Below, piece by piece: positions 14,355 to 27,249 of a stretch of 64,000 bases of DNA. Position 1 is the stretch's first letter. Each line of letters opens with the position of its first letter. The stretch covers positions 7,985,677-8,049,676 of the forward strand of contig CM082592.2 of NCBI GenBank assembly GCA_040954595.2, in the 5' to 3' direction. This DNA is from Balanoglossus misakiensis. Taxonomy: Eukaryota; Animalia; Hemichordata. Below the pieces are notes generated by a model. It ran no database searches. It saw only the letters and a program-made list of their open reading frames with translations, and was not told the DNA's origin. A program made the position numbers and the translations under genes.

Positions 14355-14895
14355 AGGGACAGCTGGCAGTAGCCGTGTTTTGATGTTGATACTGATATTT
14401 TTTTCAGTAATTTTGTTTTGCGATTTTTCTGCGGATTTCCTTCTTGCGTGCATCCTGCCATCATATGTATCGCTAGCATCATTGCTGCTGTCATTTGACT
14501 CCTCTGCCAATAGCAGTGCTCGTTACACGTGTACAGGACACACTGACATGTCAAATGCTCAGTGTATGGGGGAACAAGAAGCTAAGGTCAATACACCGAC
14601 AACAACTGACAAGCACAAATCAAAACGGTTACACCTATCACTGACTTTAGAGACTGTTCCACCATTTTGGCTTGTTCTATTCTCTAAAGCATGTTTGAGT
14701 TATACATGCCGAGGACAATGTTTTGTTGACTTTTGAATTTTAGTCCGGACTAAAAATTCAACTGACATTTGCTGGTTATGCGTTCATGGGCTGTGAGTAC
14801 ATGTCAACTTGCTGTACGGAGTAGAACCGGGAAACTTCAGTGAATAATAAAATACTGAAAATGATTATCAAACATTACAGACATTGTCCCTTTAA
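14355..14895. mobile_element. Possible decayed non-autonomous Kolobok-type DNA transposon
   Basis: Right end tgtccct+ttaa (14885-14895) and left end agggaca (14355-14361), with loosely inverted subterminal ttttcagta/tactgaaaa. Internal 18-bp palindrome at 14738-14755. The left TTAA is not preserved. Confidence 0.35.
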
Positions 14896-15599
14896 ATCAC
14901 ACGCAAAAAATGACTGCCATAATCACAATTTCAGTAGTAAAACTTGGCTTGATTTATCTATGTTAAACTTAACAAATAGGGTTACGAATTTATCAAACTT
15001 TGCCAATAAAGGGGGACTTGACGTGAACGACAATTTATCAACAACAATTTATGTCACAATAATTTACGGTATTGATATCGCCATTCGTAAAAAAACAAAG
15101 CAAAACACAAAATACGAACAGGTACCATATAAAACTCTTTAAGGGTCTGGTAAATTGTCAAGAAAGAAAAAAAAAACTTATTAAAAGAAGACAAATGGGG
15201 GTAAAGTGGGTATCGCGCAGATAAAATCGAAAACATAGCATTTCTAATCACACAAGTGCGCGCAAATGCCCTGAAAGTACATGACGACAATGGGCGACGC
15301 GATCTTGGCGGGAAAAGTGGCCGTTCCAGCTGAGAGCAGAGGGAAGATTTACCGCTTGACAACCGAACGAGGAATATTAAAGTTGTGTCGAGCCGCTTTG
15401 TCATGTTGTAACAGATCTTCTGAGCTGCTTGTGTATGTAATGGGCTATAGGGTTACTCACAAAATACGGTCGTATAGGGACGAGAACCATATTTTTTTGT
15501 ATAGACCAATTATTATAAATCTTCATGTCTTTAATGCTCAATTGTGATCGTTTCACGGGGAGAACATATATACTATATATATATCTACATACATATAGT

Positions 15600-16650
15600 T
15601 GTGTATATATATACCACGAATGGTCACGTGACCCTTTGTCCTAGACATGCATTGATTTGAGCAAATCAACTGCAGTCCTTTTGTTCTCATGCAAATTAGT
15701 AAACCGCTACACTTCTATTCATATGTAACATAGTAAACCCAACACTTTTCTGAATAGAAGTGTTGGGTTTACTAATAAATACAATGTATATGGATGAAAG
15801 TATGGCGGTTTACTAATTTACATGTATTACATAATACACACGAATAACACAATGCACCAAAAAATATGCAAATTGCACGTTCTATGCTACTGCACAACAC
15901 CCTTAGGCTTTGGGAAGGATATTGTGAGCCGCACAAAACGGCACAACAAAAAACATAACTCACTTGCCTCAATATTTGTGGTAATAGCATGCAGGCACGA
16001 CTGTATATATTTCACTACTTTTCTCTCCTGAATTCCTTATACATGTACGTTGATTTCTGTTTCGGCCCATACGCTGACGCCCCAATGAGTAGACTTGATA
16101 GTATTTCTTGGTACACGTGAACGTTGTTATTCCGATAATTCCTCTGCACCCACAGGTTCGGCAAAACGTGACAGTTCCTGTGCTTCTGTAAGGTTGAAAT
16201 CTTCCTGAGAGTCTTGTTCAACAGTATCAAACTTGGAAAGGTCAAATTGGGAAACGTACCGCTCAATATCACCATCATTTTCGCCTTCTGAAATGTCAGA
16301 GAAGTCCATCACGTCCATCCCGCACGAGGGCTTGACTCAAGGAAATAAAGGACTTCCACGTGTAATAATTAATTCAACCAGGTGTCAGTGTTTCAAAACA
16401 GACCAATCAGAGCACAAACATTGCACGTAGGACCCAGATGGTTTCTCGGCAAGCCACCACTGATTCATATGTTAATAGGTATTGATCATCGTTCACTACA
16501 TGGCCGTATAGTACTAGCATAAATTTTATTTCAAAGTTCATTATATTTCGTGGTATAAGTTGGAAATACCACTCGTTGTTGTTGGTTTACAATTAAATCC
16601 TCACAGTTTCCATTGTATCCCCACTCCAACTCGTGGTGTTTCCTATACAT
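15600..16650 (-). mobile_element. Decayed Crypton-like (tyrosine recombinase/DUF3504-related) DNA transposon relic
   Basis: Interrupted frame SRFAEPVGAEELSE*QRSRVPRNTIKSTHWGVSVWAE. Inverted repeats tataccacgaa (15610-15620) / ttcgtggtata (16547-16557) and ggaaataccac (16562-16572) / gtggtgtttcc (16633-16643). TA-rich flanks. Family assigned by motif recall, not by search. Confidence 0.6.
16038..16318 (-). pseudogene. Truncated N-terminal fragment of a Crypton-like recombinase ORF
   Basis: ORF 16127..16318 continues past a single TAA into the P-x-N-T-x-K-S-T-x-W-x-V-x-V-W motif and then degenerates. No catalytic domain is visible. Confidence 0.55.
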
Positions 16651-19600
16651 ATATATTTCATAGGCATTGAGTATCACACATATACTATTACTTTATTTGT
16701 CCTTCACACCGGATATATTGAACTACAACGGGATGGGTCCAAAAGAGTAGCGAGACGAGTTGACGACACCAGCGACAGACGAAAGAGGCACAAAGTCCCA
16801 CTGATATATTAGACAATACCATTAGTACTGTCACTTTGTTTGCTGAACTGGCGTGGCGTCATATGATTGATTTAATTCCCGCGCACTCCCGACACGCGCC
16901 TTCCCGCCGAACCGACAGAAACAAATAAAACAATAACGCCCCCCCCCCCCCCCGAAAAAATCAGAAACAAAGCCTAATTGTAAGAAGGCGTTAGTTTGTG
17001 TTGAAAAAGACTGAGATATCAAATGCGGAGGAGGGATAAAAAAACGCGAAAATCAAAGAAAATGTCATCCGCAGACAGTCTGTAGACGGAAGGTTAAAAT
17101 AAAAAAGGCCTCCGTGTTTACAGACTATTTTGAAGGGTGTAGAAAAAAAACCCAGACGAATGCGGCAATGTCACGTGAGAAAAAAACCGATAAGGAGAGC
17201 ACGATATCGTCATCATCAGCATTATATTAAGCCACATGGCCACAAATTCTAAAAGTTGGTCGGTCAATTTACGGGTGAATAGGAAGCCCGCCATGAGAGA
17301 TCACATACATATCTCCGATGATAAAGTATAATTTGAAATCCGTTACATTATTTGCAATAAGATATGGTTTTGGATGACTTACAAGGCTTCGGATATCCGA
17401 ATCGAGGTAAAAGATTGCGAAATGAAAGCAAAATTAATTCAAAATGGATCGTTAGTGGAAAGATTATTTCATATCAAAACCGCATTTAGCATATTTTTCA
17501 TCTGCAGATAGACTCCGGTTCGGAGTGGTGTGTGATTTGACAAGATATGACGAGATCCCCCTTAATGGGGAAGGCAGTACCCGCTAAGTGCGGTGTCAAC
17601 GCCAAAGGCCCCTGTGGCATTAGAGAGGGATTCCGGAACATCTTGGCGACATTTTGTGAACGACATTTCAAGGACCTGTACAAGCCAATGTCAATAGTTA
17701 AAGTTTTCTGTGCAGTTTCATTACATTTGAGAACACGATCTCTCTCTTGTGTTGCCACAAACGTGACTCGGTTTCCGCCACGATCGAAAAATGTATTTTT
17801 TTTTCAATTTTCACCAACACGTGCGATATCGAAGCTTTGTTGCGAAGGTTGGAAGTTCACAACATTTCCGATACTTGAACCGATTTTTGATGATAAAAAT
17901 GTCATTGATCAAATTTTTGCGCAATTTTAGCTTTTGTCAGTCACCGTTTTAATATCTGTTGGGTGACGTATTACTTCTGGCTGATGTAATTCTCGTAAGT
18001 ATTAAAACTACCGGTAAAGCGTGCCGCAGCACGCAAATTATACTTGGGCTTCATGGGGCTGGTTGACACTAAAGGTGACTGGAGACAACGAAGAAGGTTT
18101 ATTTTTTATTCAACTTTCTTTACAAAATAGTGTCAATTCCGTTTTCAAACAAACCTCGCGGTTAGGGTATCAGCGACCTGAAAATGCAAAAAAAATCTAG
18201 TAAGTCTTATCTCGGCTGCTTTGGATCTCAAATTATTCTGTGCGCGCCACGGTCAGAGCGACGTCAACACTTTCCGGGTCATTTATGTGCTCCTTCTGAT
18301 CGATACATAGCGACGTCCGGAGATTGCATTGACTTTCAACACTTCGGCGTGGTTTTATTTTTTTTTCTCTCCGAATCCTCAAGGATGAATCCGAAAGCGA
18401 CACTCTTTCAGTTTAAAAATTTGCATGTCACAGCAGTTTGTAAAAAAAAAACATGTCTTAATTTCGAAATCGTCGAGAAAAAAAAACAACTTTCACAACA
18501 TGTGACTGTGAACGCAACGAAATTGATTCAACCTTTACATCAAAATTCTCTGCCACACAAATTATTGATAAGAATGCTCTTTCTAAGCCATTTCACTAAT
18601 TACTTCGTTTGATACAAAAGCACCACGACTGGCGCCATTTTCTGAAAAAAAAAAGATCTGCATAGTCACTGTTCGCAGTAATTAGACGCAATCGAAATTG
18701 ATGAGGAAACAAAAATTAGTCTGTGGCAGAGGGCTCTTTCAACCTTGGTCGTCACCCCTAACTTTTGCCGTTTGGCGAATATTCGAGAAAAAAAATGTAA
18801 AATTGTTAAGGTCTGTGAGTGGCGAGAGTAAAGAGGTCTGTCCTTATCGCGACCCCTTGAAGCGTCTGACTAAAAAAAAAGAAATTGAATCAGCCGACAA
18901 GATCACGGTTCTTGGGCTTGGTTCAATGGTCATCATGGCAGAACGAGGGAGAAAAACCTCGTCAGTTATAACGTCCTTGAGCCCACTCAATCCCGCATTC
19001 AAGCATCTAGACGTGATTGCCTGCTTCCAATCTAAAGTACATTGTAGTAAAGGATGTACCGAACATCATGTTCGCTATGTCCACGGCCATGATAATCGGG
19101 CCTGTTCGATTACATGCACACACCGTCGGCGTTGTCCGTGAAAGTGAACACGTTCCACTGTAAAACTGTCTCCGGTTCGCGGCACGACGCATTCTCTTCG
19201 CTTTGCTTTGTAGCTTGAACGCAAGCTTTAAAAATTTAGAGATGAATCAACGTTTGATATTTTCGCTCACTACATCTATGAGCACCTTTTGCAATATTTT
19301 TTTTCTCTTCATTGTACGTTATTTCGGCGAAAGCACCCCGAAGAAAACGATCAGAAGGTTCGCCGCGACCGCCGTTCGATATTCGTCTGAGCTCACCGAG
19401 ACACGCCGCAAAAAAAATCGTATTACTGCAGCGTAACAGAACTTAAACAAGTTTTATTGAATTTCAAAGGGAAGGCAGGCTGACCCATTAAGTATGCGTT
19501 TGCCCCCAGTCCAGAACCGCACCGCTCCCTGTAAAGCCCCTTCTCTGTGCTAGTTTGCACAGTCACGTGACCATAAACAGGAAACAATATCTGTTGGATT

Positions 19601-22600
19601 GGATTCTTATTGTTTTATTGATAAAATACGATGATTCCGATTCTTCTCTGCGCAATATGTCGACCATCTAAGGCACGACGGATTCCAACAGTAGGATTTT
19701 TTCAAAGTTGTGTGAAACCAATTTGGAAGCGCCAAGCTGAGAAATATTTCTTTGTATTAAATTCATGTATTAAATTATATGCATATATCATGGCTTTCTT
19801 ACGATCGTATTGTTGGTCAGATTACAAGATTCGACCCACGCAATAATAAGTCGCGGTACCACTATTCACTTTCCTATCCCATCAATATACTCTCACGCCC
19901 GTCGCCATATTACACAACCAGACAAAAATGGTACATTGTATCTACAATTTTTCTTTTCATCACGTCGCATGTCGTCTTCTAGACTGCATCGTCCAGAATG
20001 TGTAGAACGCGCGCCTAAAAAAAGTCAGCGGAGAGAGATCGACGATCAACGCACGACATACTGACACCAAAGGCCGACTCGGGACCGGGGGTCATCTCCC
20101 GCCTTTGCACCTGTTTCGGCGCGGGTCCCCTTTTCGCGTGGACGTTATACATGCAACCTGGGAGGAAAGCTCTCTGATAAAATCGGTCGGGGTATCATAA
20201 AGGCTCCCGACTAATTAAGTATATGTGAAAGTGGTCGTTTTTCATGTTATAGCCTCTTTATACAGGCGTTCTTCTGCCGCGTTCAACTGGGTATTTCCTC
20301 GATAGCGAGCCGTCAAAATTTATAGATCACCATCGTGAACAATGTGTGACAGGGGATGGGTAAGTCCCATAATTCAGCGTAAAAGGTCCCCACGTTTCTC
20401 TTCTCGGCGGAGCTACTGTCTCCTATGGTAATTAGTTCTATCGTTCGCCTGTAATCACTAACGATTTAAGTAAATGGAAAAGGCAGCTAGCGCTGCGTCA
20501 TTGTGTAAACAAAACTGTCGTGCACTTGATTTACACCTATCGGCCCCTTTTGCGGCAGTCCCTAATTTCGCATTCCTCTCACGAGCTCTCGTGTGTCGAG
20601 CATGCACCGATCGCGTTGCGCAACTTTTAATTTCGCCGTCTTCAATTTCAGCTTTTAAAAAAAGAAGATGGCGTCGCCCAATAAAAATTATTGACCCGCT
20701 TCGGTCGGCTCGGGAAAGGACCTCTTTCCCCAGATTCCCGGGTGCATGTAGCCGCCTCAGAAGCAAGCAACACTTTCTGAAACCTCCCCTTGTAAACCGA
20801 CAACATGGCCCCCAGGCGCGCGATCGACAAATACATGCCCTGGTTACAAGTTTGTTGAAAAACAAAGAGAGAACTCAGAGACACTCAATTAGTCTCCGTT
20901 TCTGTCATTCAATCAATGCAAACACGATATTGCAAGGTGTGACCAAGTATATGAACCCACGAACTAATATTAGTGATTTTTTTTCATATTTCGGCTGTTA
21001 TCTCCCAGTGAGCAGTCAACTATTTTATTTTCTATTTCAGGCGATCGAACTTTACTATTTCAAAGCAGAAATATCGACAACAAAATGCGAAAGGTCACAA
21101 TCTTGACTAAACGTTTCCTGTCAGCGAAAAACAAACGGCTCAATCTTGCACACTGTTTCCAAGGGAAAGAACTTGGGGGCAAGGAATCGAACCTGGGCGT
21201 TTAATCAATTTCGTGCGAAAAACAATAAGAATTAGTTTGCGCTGTGAGAAAAACTGTTTCGGGAAGAGCGAGTACAGATTTTTGGTTGATATGTATTAAT
21301 TTTTCTGCGGATAATGTCCGCACACAGCCCAGGAATGCGCCCGTTTAACATACGAATGGGAGGAATGCGATTAAAATAAATTAAATATGGTCGATTTCGA
21401 AAACAAACAAAGCTAGAAAAGGCCATGTGACGGCGATGTGTAACTGTCATTATTGGGGTCCGCGAAAAGTAAAGAGAGTGTGCGCGAGTGGTGTAATTGA
21501 TTTTATTCGCGTGGAGCCTACTGTCTTGAATAAACACTACACGGTGTGTGTGACGGGTATCGTTTGCTGTGAGAGTTTGCACACGTCAACCGAGGTGTGT
21601 TTACCCATTTTTTGAACACGACTTATATCGTTTCACTGTTGGTGCGGAATGTGGTTTGGGGGATAGACGCTTTCATTGGGGGGGGGGAGAGCCACACATG
21701 TCTTCTTTGTGAATATTTATCACGGAATACCTGGCGACAGACTGGGAAAAATAAAATATCAGACGATAGAAACGTCGGGGAATAAAAAAATAAAACATAT
21801 CGCGACGCACCGCAAAAATCAATGTGATCGCGGGGAAAAGGGGGAAAGTGGAATAATTCTGCGTCTAATGTTAAGGTGGTTGCAAAAAATTAACATTACA
21901 GAGTAAAAAAGGGACCACTGGGGACTTATAAAGGAGGACTAACAGATGCGATCGCTCCATGCAACGAAACGTGACAGCAGATTTAATGAAGGAGGCAGTT
22001 GATCCTTGGACGGTGTAAAAGAGTCGGCCGTGAAGTGCAAATCCCAGGCTTTGGGACCCATCTCAAGCTATTGTCTGCCTTCCCTCTTACCCCGTGTACA
22101 CTTAGCGGCGCACACAACAAAATGCCAAAGATGCGAGGAGCAACTCCTTGGGGTCTTATAATACCAGATGCAAGGTGTGGCGTCGCTAAAGATACACTTT
22201 TCCCACTACTCACCCACACACTGAGAATGGTCGGCGCAAATGCTGTATCTGATATTTTGGCGCGTACATAAGCACGTTGATAGGGAACGTAAGTGATTGG
22301 GCTCTGGAGAATAATACGCGTATATCGCAGCCGTGCATGAGAGAGAGAAAAAAATCGCCATTCTACTAACCGGTCCACTTCGGAGGCCCTTTTCTGAAAA
22401 CCGGCGATTGTTAGTCTTGCGTCCAGTGAAAACTTTCACACTTCGAAGACGCGGATTACAATGGGGGAGCTACGACGCGTCCCGTCCGCCACAGTGTGTT
22501 CTTTCACGTAGGGGGCGGGTTGGCGATACCCTGAAAGACAACCGTTGAAAAGAGAAAAATGGCTCGCCAAACAATGCTCGGGTCTTACTTTGCTGGTTTA

Positions 22601-25600
22601 CTTTGCAGTTGGGCAAGCCCAGGGCCCTACAACAGCTTTCTAAGGATAAAAGAGGACCAACATAAAACAACTCTACAGACACACATAATCCCCAGCCGAA
22701 CTGGAATATATCTGAGAGGCCTGAACTTAAAATGCAACCGAAAATTGCGTGATCGCATCAGTAAATACTACATTCTAAACACAAGCGAGCGCAAAAAAAA
22801 CCTGTGCACGTTTATTGCTAGTCATTCACATCATACAAGAAAAAAAATCAGTTCTATTTCACGGCTAATATTTTTACGCGTTTCTTTTAAAATCCTGAGT
22901 ACTTAGAAAGGACATCGTCATGGATACAATGGCACAGTGGACGACGATGCAGAAGTTTGCCTGCTTATTATTGATTGTGAGCGTTGGAAACTTATTGCAA
23001 ATCCTGTGCAACTTAATTTTTCCCCCAATGCCTATACTTTTGTATCACGTATTCAGGATTGTCGTGAAATTCCTTAAACGCTGAAAGCTTTCGACGGTAT
23101 AGGTTCCTTCTCTTTGAGAATAAAATCTGAGATTACAACACGCATGGGTTATGAGTAATCCGCGCTCTCCATCACACGGTTGGACGTCTCCGCATGCATG
23201 TGCGTGTTGAGGGTGAACCCCCCACACTTGCAGACCGTGGCTTATTCAGGAAATAAATATCCGAATGTGCCCAGACATTTAAAATTGTCAAAATCTGGCC
23301 AAAGTTGGGAAATCGTCGCCGAAAACTGCACTGAACAGCGGCAGCTGCACCGTTTTAGAGGGATCTGTTGGAAACACTTGTACAGGCCGCTCTCTGACAA
23401 AGGCTTTGGGGTGTCCAGCGGCACTCTGCTAATACGTCAGCCGAGAAACACGGGCTCTCTCAATACGAACGAAAACAAAAACCAGAGGAGGTTTACACCA
23501 GAAAGAAATACCCATAAAATTTGTAGGAAGTGGTGGGCACCTAATCGTAAGGCTGCGACAGACTCCCGAACTCGCGGCGTGGAAAACTGGGCCCGCTTGT
23601 CAACAAACACGACGGCCGCGTCTGGTAGTCGACAACCACGTGGTATACCCTATACGCTGTGGCGTGCTCCGGTCCTAAATATCGGGGGGGGGGGAGGGGG
23701 GCACAGGAGACTTTGAAAGTAAATGACTTTAAAAAAGTCCGAGTCACGACAGCTGAGTACTTTTCGGTGACCGGCGTCCCCTAAAAAAAACGGACAGACC
23801 ATATCGGCCGTGTACATGTATACACTGTATACCACTAGCGTTGTTTGTTTGGCTGATACACGGTAGCGAAACATCATTAACGTGCAGGCGTCAAACTCAA
23901 ATAATAAGTGTCGCCTCGCTTTTTATTCATTCGTGATCCAATTTACACCTCCCTCCTGCTCTCCGCTACCGTGGCGCCTTAAATTTAACACTTAATAAAT
24001 CTCAATGGGTTAGCTATTTGTTGTTCCATCACGGCTCCCATTCATGTCGGACACAGATAGACATAATTGGCGAGAGAGCATTGGCTCCAAAAATACACCA
24101 TCCACTATGCATGTTTTTCAAATCGTAACAACACCATAACCGAAACCTTTTCTATTTTAAAGCGCCTAGCGACGTGGAGACGATTGTAGCGTCCAGCCTC
24201 ACTGCGTCCATTGTTGCACTGTCTGGGACCCAATCCAAACAGCGCGCATTTATTTTTTCACCTATTCCGGATTTTTCACTTAGCTGAGATCGGTACACTG
24301 CAGTGGTCCCCCTTTCTATTACACTACCGTATCATTTTAGCTTGCAACTTATAAACGAGTCTAAATTTCACCAAATCGTCCTAATATTAAGCATAAAAAC
24401 CCCAGCACTGCATTTTACGTCCATGATTATCATAAGGCCTAGGTCAGGCGTCCCACGAAAGGGGCAACTTGACAAGAACTTCGGCCTCATAAAATTAATA
24501 ATCATAAAAACGCCATTCAGTTAAACAAGAACGTTCGTGATTTTGTCTTCGTTCGTCGGGAAAGTTAAGTCACAACACGAAAAGGTGTGTATTTATTTCG
24601 AGTTATTTTGAGCGGGAAGTTACGGAAAGGCTGGATTTTCTATCACACGTTGCCAGTTGCAAAATAAAATAGCAAACGGCTGGGTATATGATTTTGGTCT
24701 TTTTTAATTTTGGAAAATCCAAGTTCTTGTCAATTATTTATCAAGGTGTTGGGGGCAAAGCAGATCGGATGTCAGGAGCGGTAAAACGCCAATTCCTATT
24801 TCTGTCGATACTGGCAATGATGTGCTTTTAGCAAACGGTTCAAAGTCGTCCGCACGCGGTGAGCTGGGTGCGGGTGGTCGTGGGATTTGGAGCCTGGCCG
24901 TAATTTTTTCGTGTGTCGAGTCGGACTAGCCCGCCTCCTGTCGCGATTTTTGATACCCTATAGCTAGGATTAGGCCAACATAAACCTTGGCCTGCCTGAC
25001 GCCAAAATTGTCAGCCAGCAAATTAACTACGGCACTTCTCGGGACGCCATTGGCTGGCGTGTCGAGGACCGCGTTAGCAAACAGACTAGGTCGAATTAGC
25101 GACCTGGCCTCCTATAATATTTTGACAAATGGCAATTTTTCATGTTGGTTTTTTTTTACATAACAGGCCGGCGATTGTAACGAATGTGGGTTTTCGCGGC
25201 CACTTATACAAATTACTGTTGAATTATCGCTCCTTCAGCGACAGTCAACGAAAGAAAATTAAACAAACAAACACGACAAAGCAAAACTAACAACCGCGAG
25301 TTTAAGCAAATATTACGGACTGTTCAGACAACGGGGTGAAAACCATCAATCGGAGCAAAGGTAAAACATTGGCGCCTGAACGGAAGCGATCTCCCGCCTT
25401 CGAATTTCGCTTTAAATTTGGATTTTCCTCGCTCGTCTGCTTCCAATGGTCGAGGCAAATACGGCACTTGCAAAGCTTAATAAGTCAGCCAGTGGTGTGG
25501 GCTATCTTTAATGAGGCCATTGTTTGAGCAACAATAGGCCAGACGATTAAAGTTTCCAAAAAATCTCACTAGTCCCAGTTCTAGTCGCTTGCACAATTCA

Positions 25601-27249
25601 CTGCGACTGCGATTGACCGAATCCCTTTTTTCCCATTCAGAAGACAATTTTTTTACCAAACGAGTTGTAATTGAGCCTGTTTTCTCCCCCTATTTGTTAT
25701 TCGATTCAGAAACTGCGCATTTCTGCCACGTCGAGCAGATAAGCGTCTCCGATGTATAATTGCGCCAAACACACTACTTGTGACCGAATCTCCAAAACGA
25801 TCAATACTCCTTGCCGAACGTCTCCTGTGTTGCAAATGAACAGGCTTCACTGAAGTTAACCCACGGAATAGACATTATTAAAACAAGCAGGCCTTATCGA
25901 GTAAATGCAATATTGCGAGCACAAAGAGCGACCCGAGGGATTTGCGTGATGATATTTTCCCTGCATCGAAAGATATAATATTTTCACAAGTGGGACCTGT
26001 AATTGGTACGCGATATACACTCCTCCACTCGATATTGGCTCTAAAGACGCGAGCGTCGACACATTCTGTCTAAAAGGATCTTCTTTTCCGCTTTGAAGGG
26101 CCGGTGCATGCTGGGAAGAGTATGGTTTTTCCCATTCCCCAGTGTAGCGAGACGCTTCCACCTATGCGATCATGCCTAGAGCGTCTGAAGCCATTTTGGA
26201 AATTCGTTTTAAAATATAAAATTAATCTTGTCTTAAAGCATGCTGTACATTTGTCCCGCAGAGAAAAGAATCAAACAACTGTCCAAGTACGCATTAATCA
26301 ACAACCCTCACTCACTGCCTCGATAACCCCCTTCCTTAATTTATTAGAAACGGAAGCCTCCCTTTTTTGCACATCGTTTCGCGCCTCCAAAAAAAAATCG
26401 CGCCGCCATTTTCGGTTCCACTGTGAATTTGAAGCAAATACAACACTCTCGTCCGGTCCTCAAAGCATAAACTCCCTGATTTCTTGTGAATGTTTCTCTT
26501 TCAACAACCTTGTTTGAGTTACTGGTGCTGCCCTTGTATCACCTTCAAGAGTGGAGACCATTGAACGGAGAAAATATTTGGCAGAACGAATTCCAAATCC
26601 TCGCAAGCTTCGTTTATTAATGCGTGTCTGTCTCATTTTCACTAATTTCTCAATTGGCGCTGACGCCGTGGTTTCTGCTCGGCCATACTGACTCCTCGCC
26701 GTGGCCCGGCTCATTTGTACTCGTTCACCCCACGATTACGAGCCGGTGACCTCTCGTCCGCTGATTGAAACGCGCGCTGGTGAAGAATAAAACACCGGTG
26801 TGGAATTCGCTTTGTTTTCTAAACGCCTACTTTTTCTCCCCCTCTCCGATTCCCGCCAAACAACTTTTTTTAAAAAAAATTCAACCCGTGTATCGTCGGC
26901 AGCGCGCACAAAGAGGCGGGAAATTATACAGCGCGCTGGCCGCGTGTGGGTTTGTGCTCACTCAGTGGAAGAGTTTGTGTGTTCATCTGCGACTCATTCA
27001 CTCAATCTAACAGTCCAGGGAGAATTCGCGACTTTTCTTTGGGAAATCGCCAGTGAAATGACGGCAAAAATCCCGCCCCACCCACTTTCATGTCGGAAAA
27101 ATTTAAAAGACGCGGATTCAACCCGAACAGTTCCGACTGAAAATGAGGGGCAGATTTGAAATCAGGGAGGATGGAGGGGTAAATTTGGGTGGCTGGCAAC
27201 TAGTCAACTACAAAAAAATAATAAAGCGTGCAAGTATAACAAACTCGAT

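Noticed and set aside
20474-21106. 210-aa plus-strand ORF
   Set aside because: No recognisable motif or splice support; compatible with a chance ORF in 64 kb.
21176-21200. tRNA T-arm/B-box-like GGTTCGATTCC on the minus strand
   Set aside because: No A-box, acceptor stem or cloverleaf; at most a SINE remnant.
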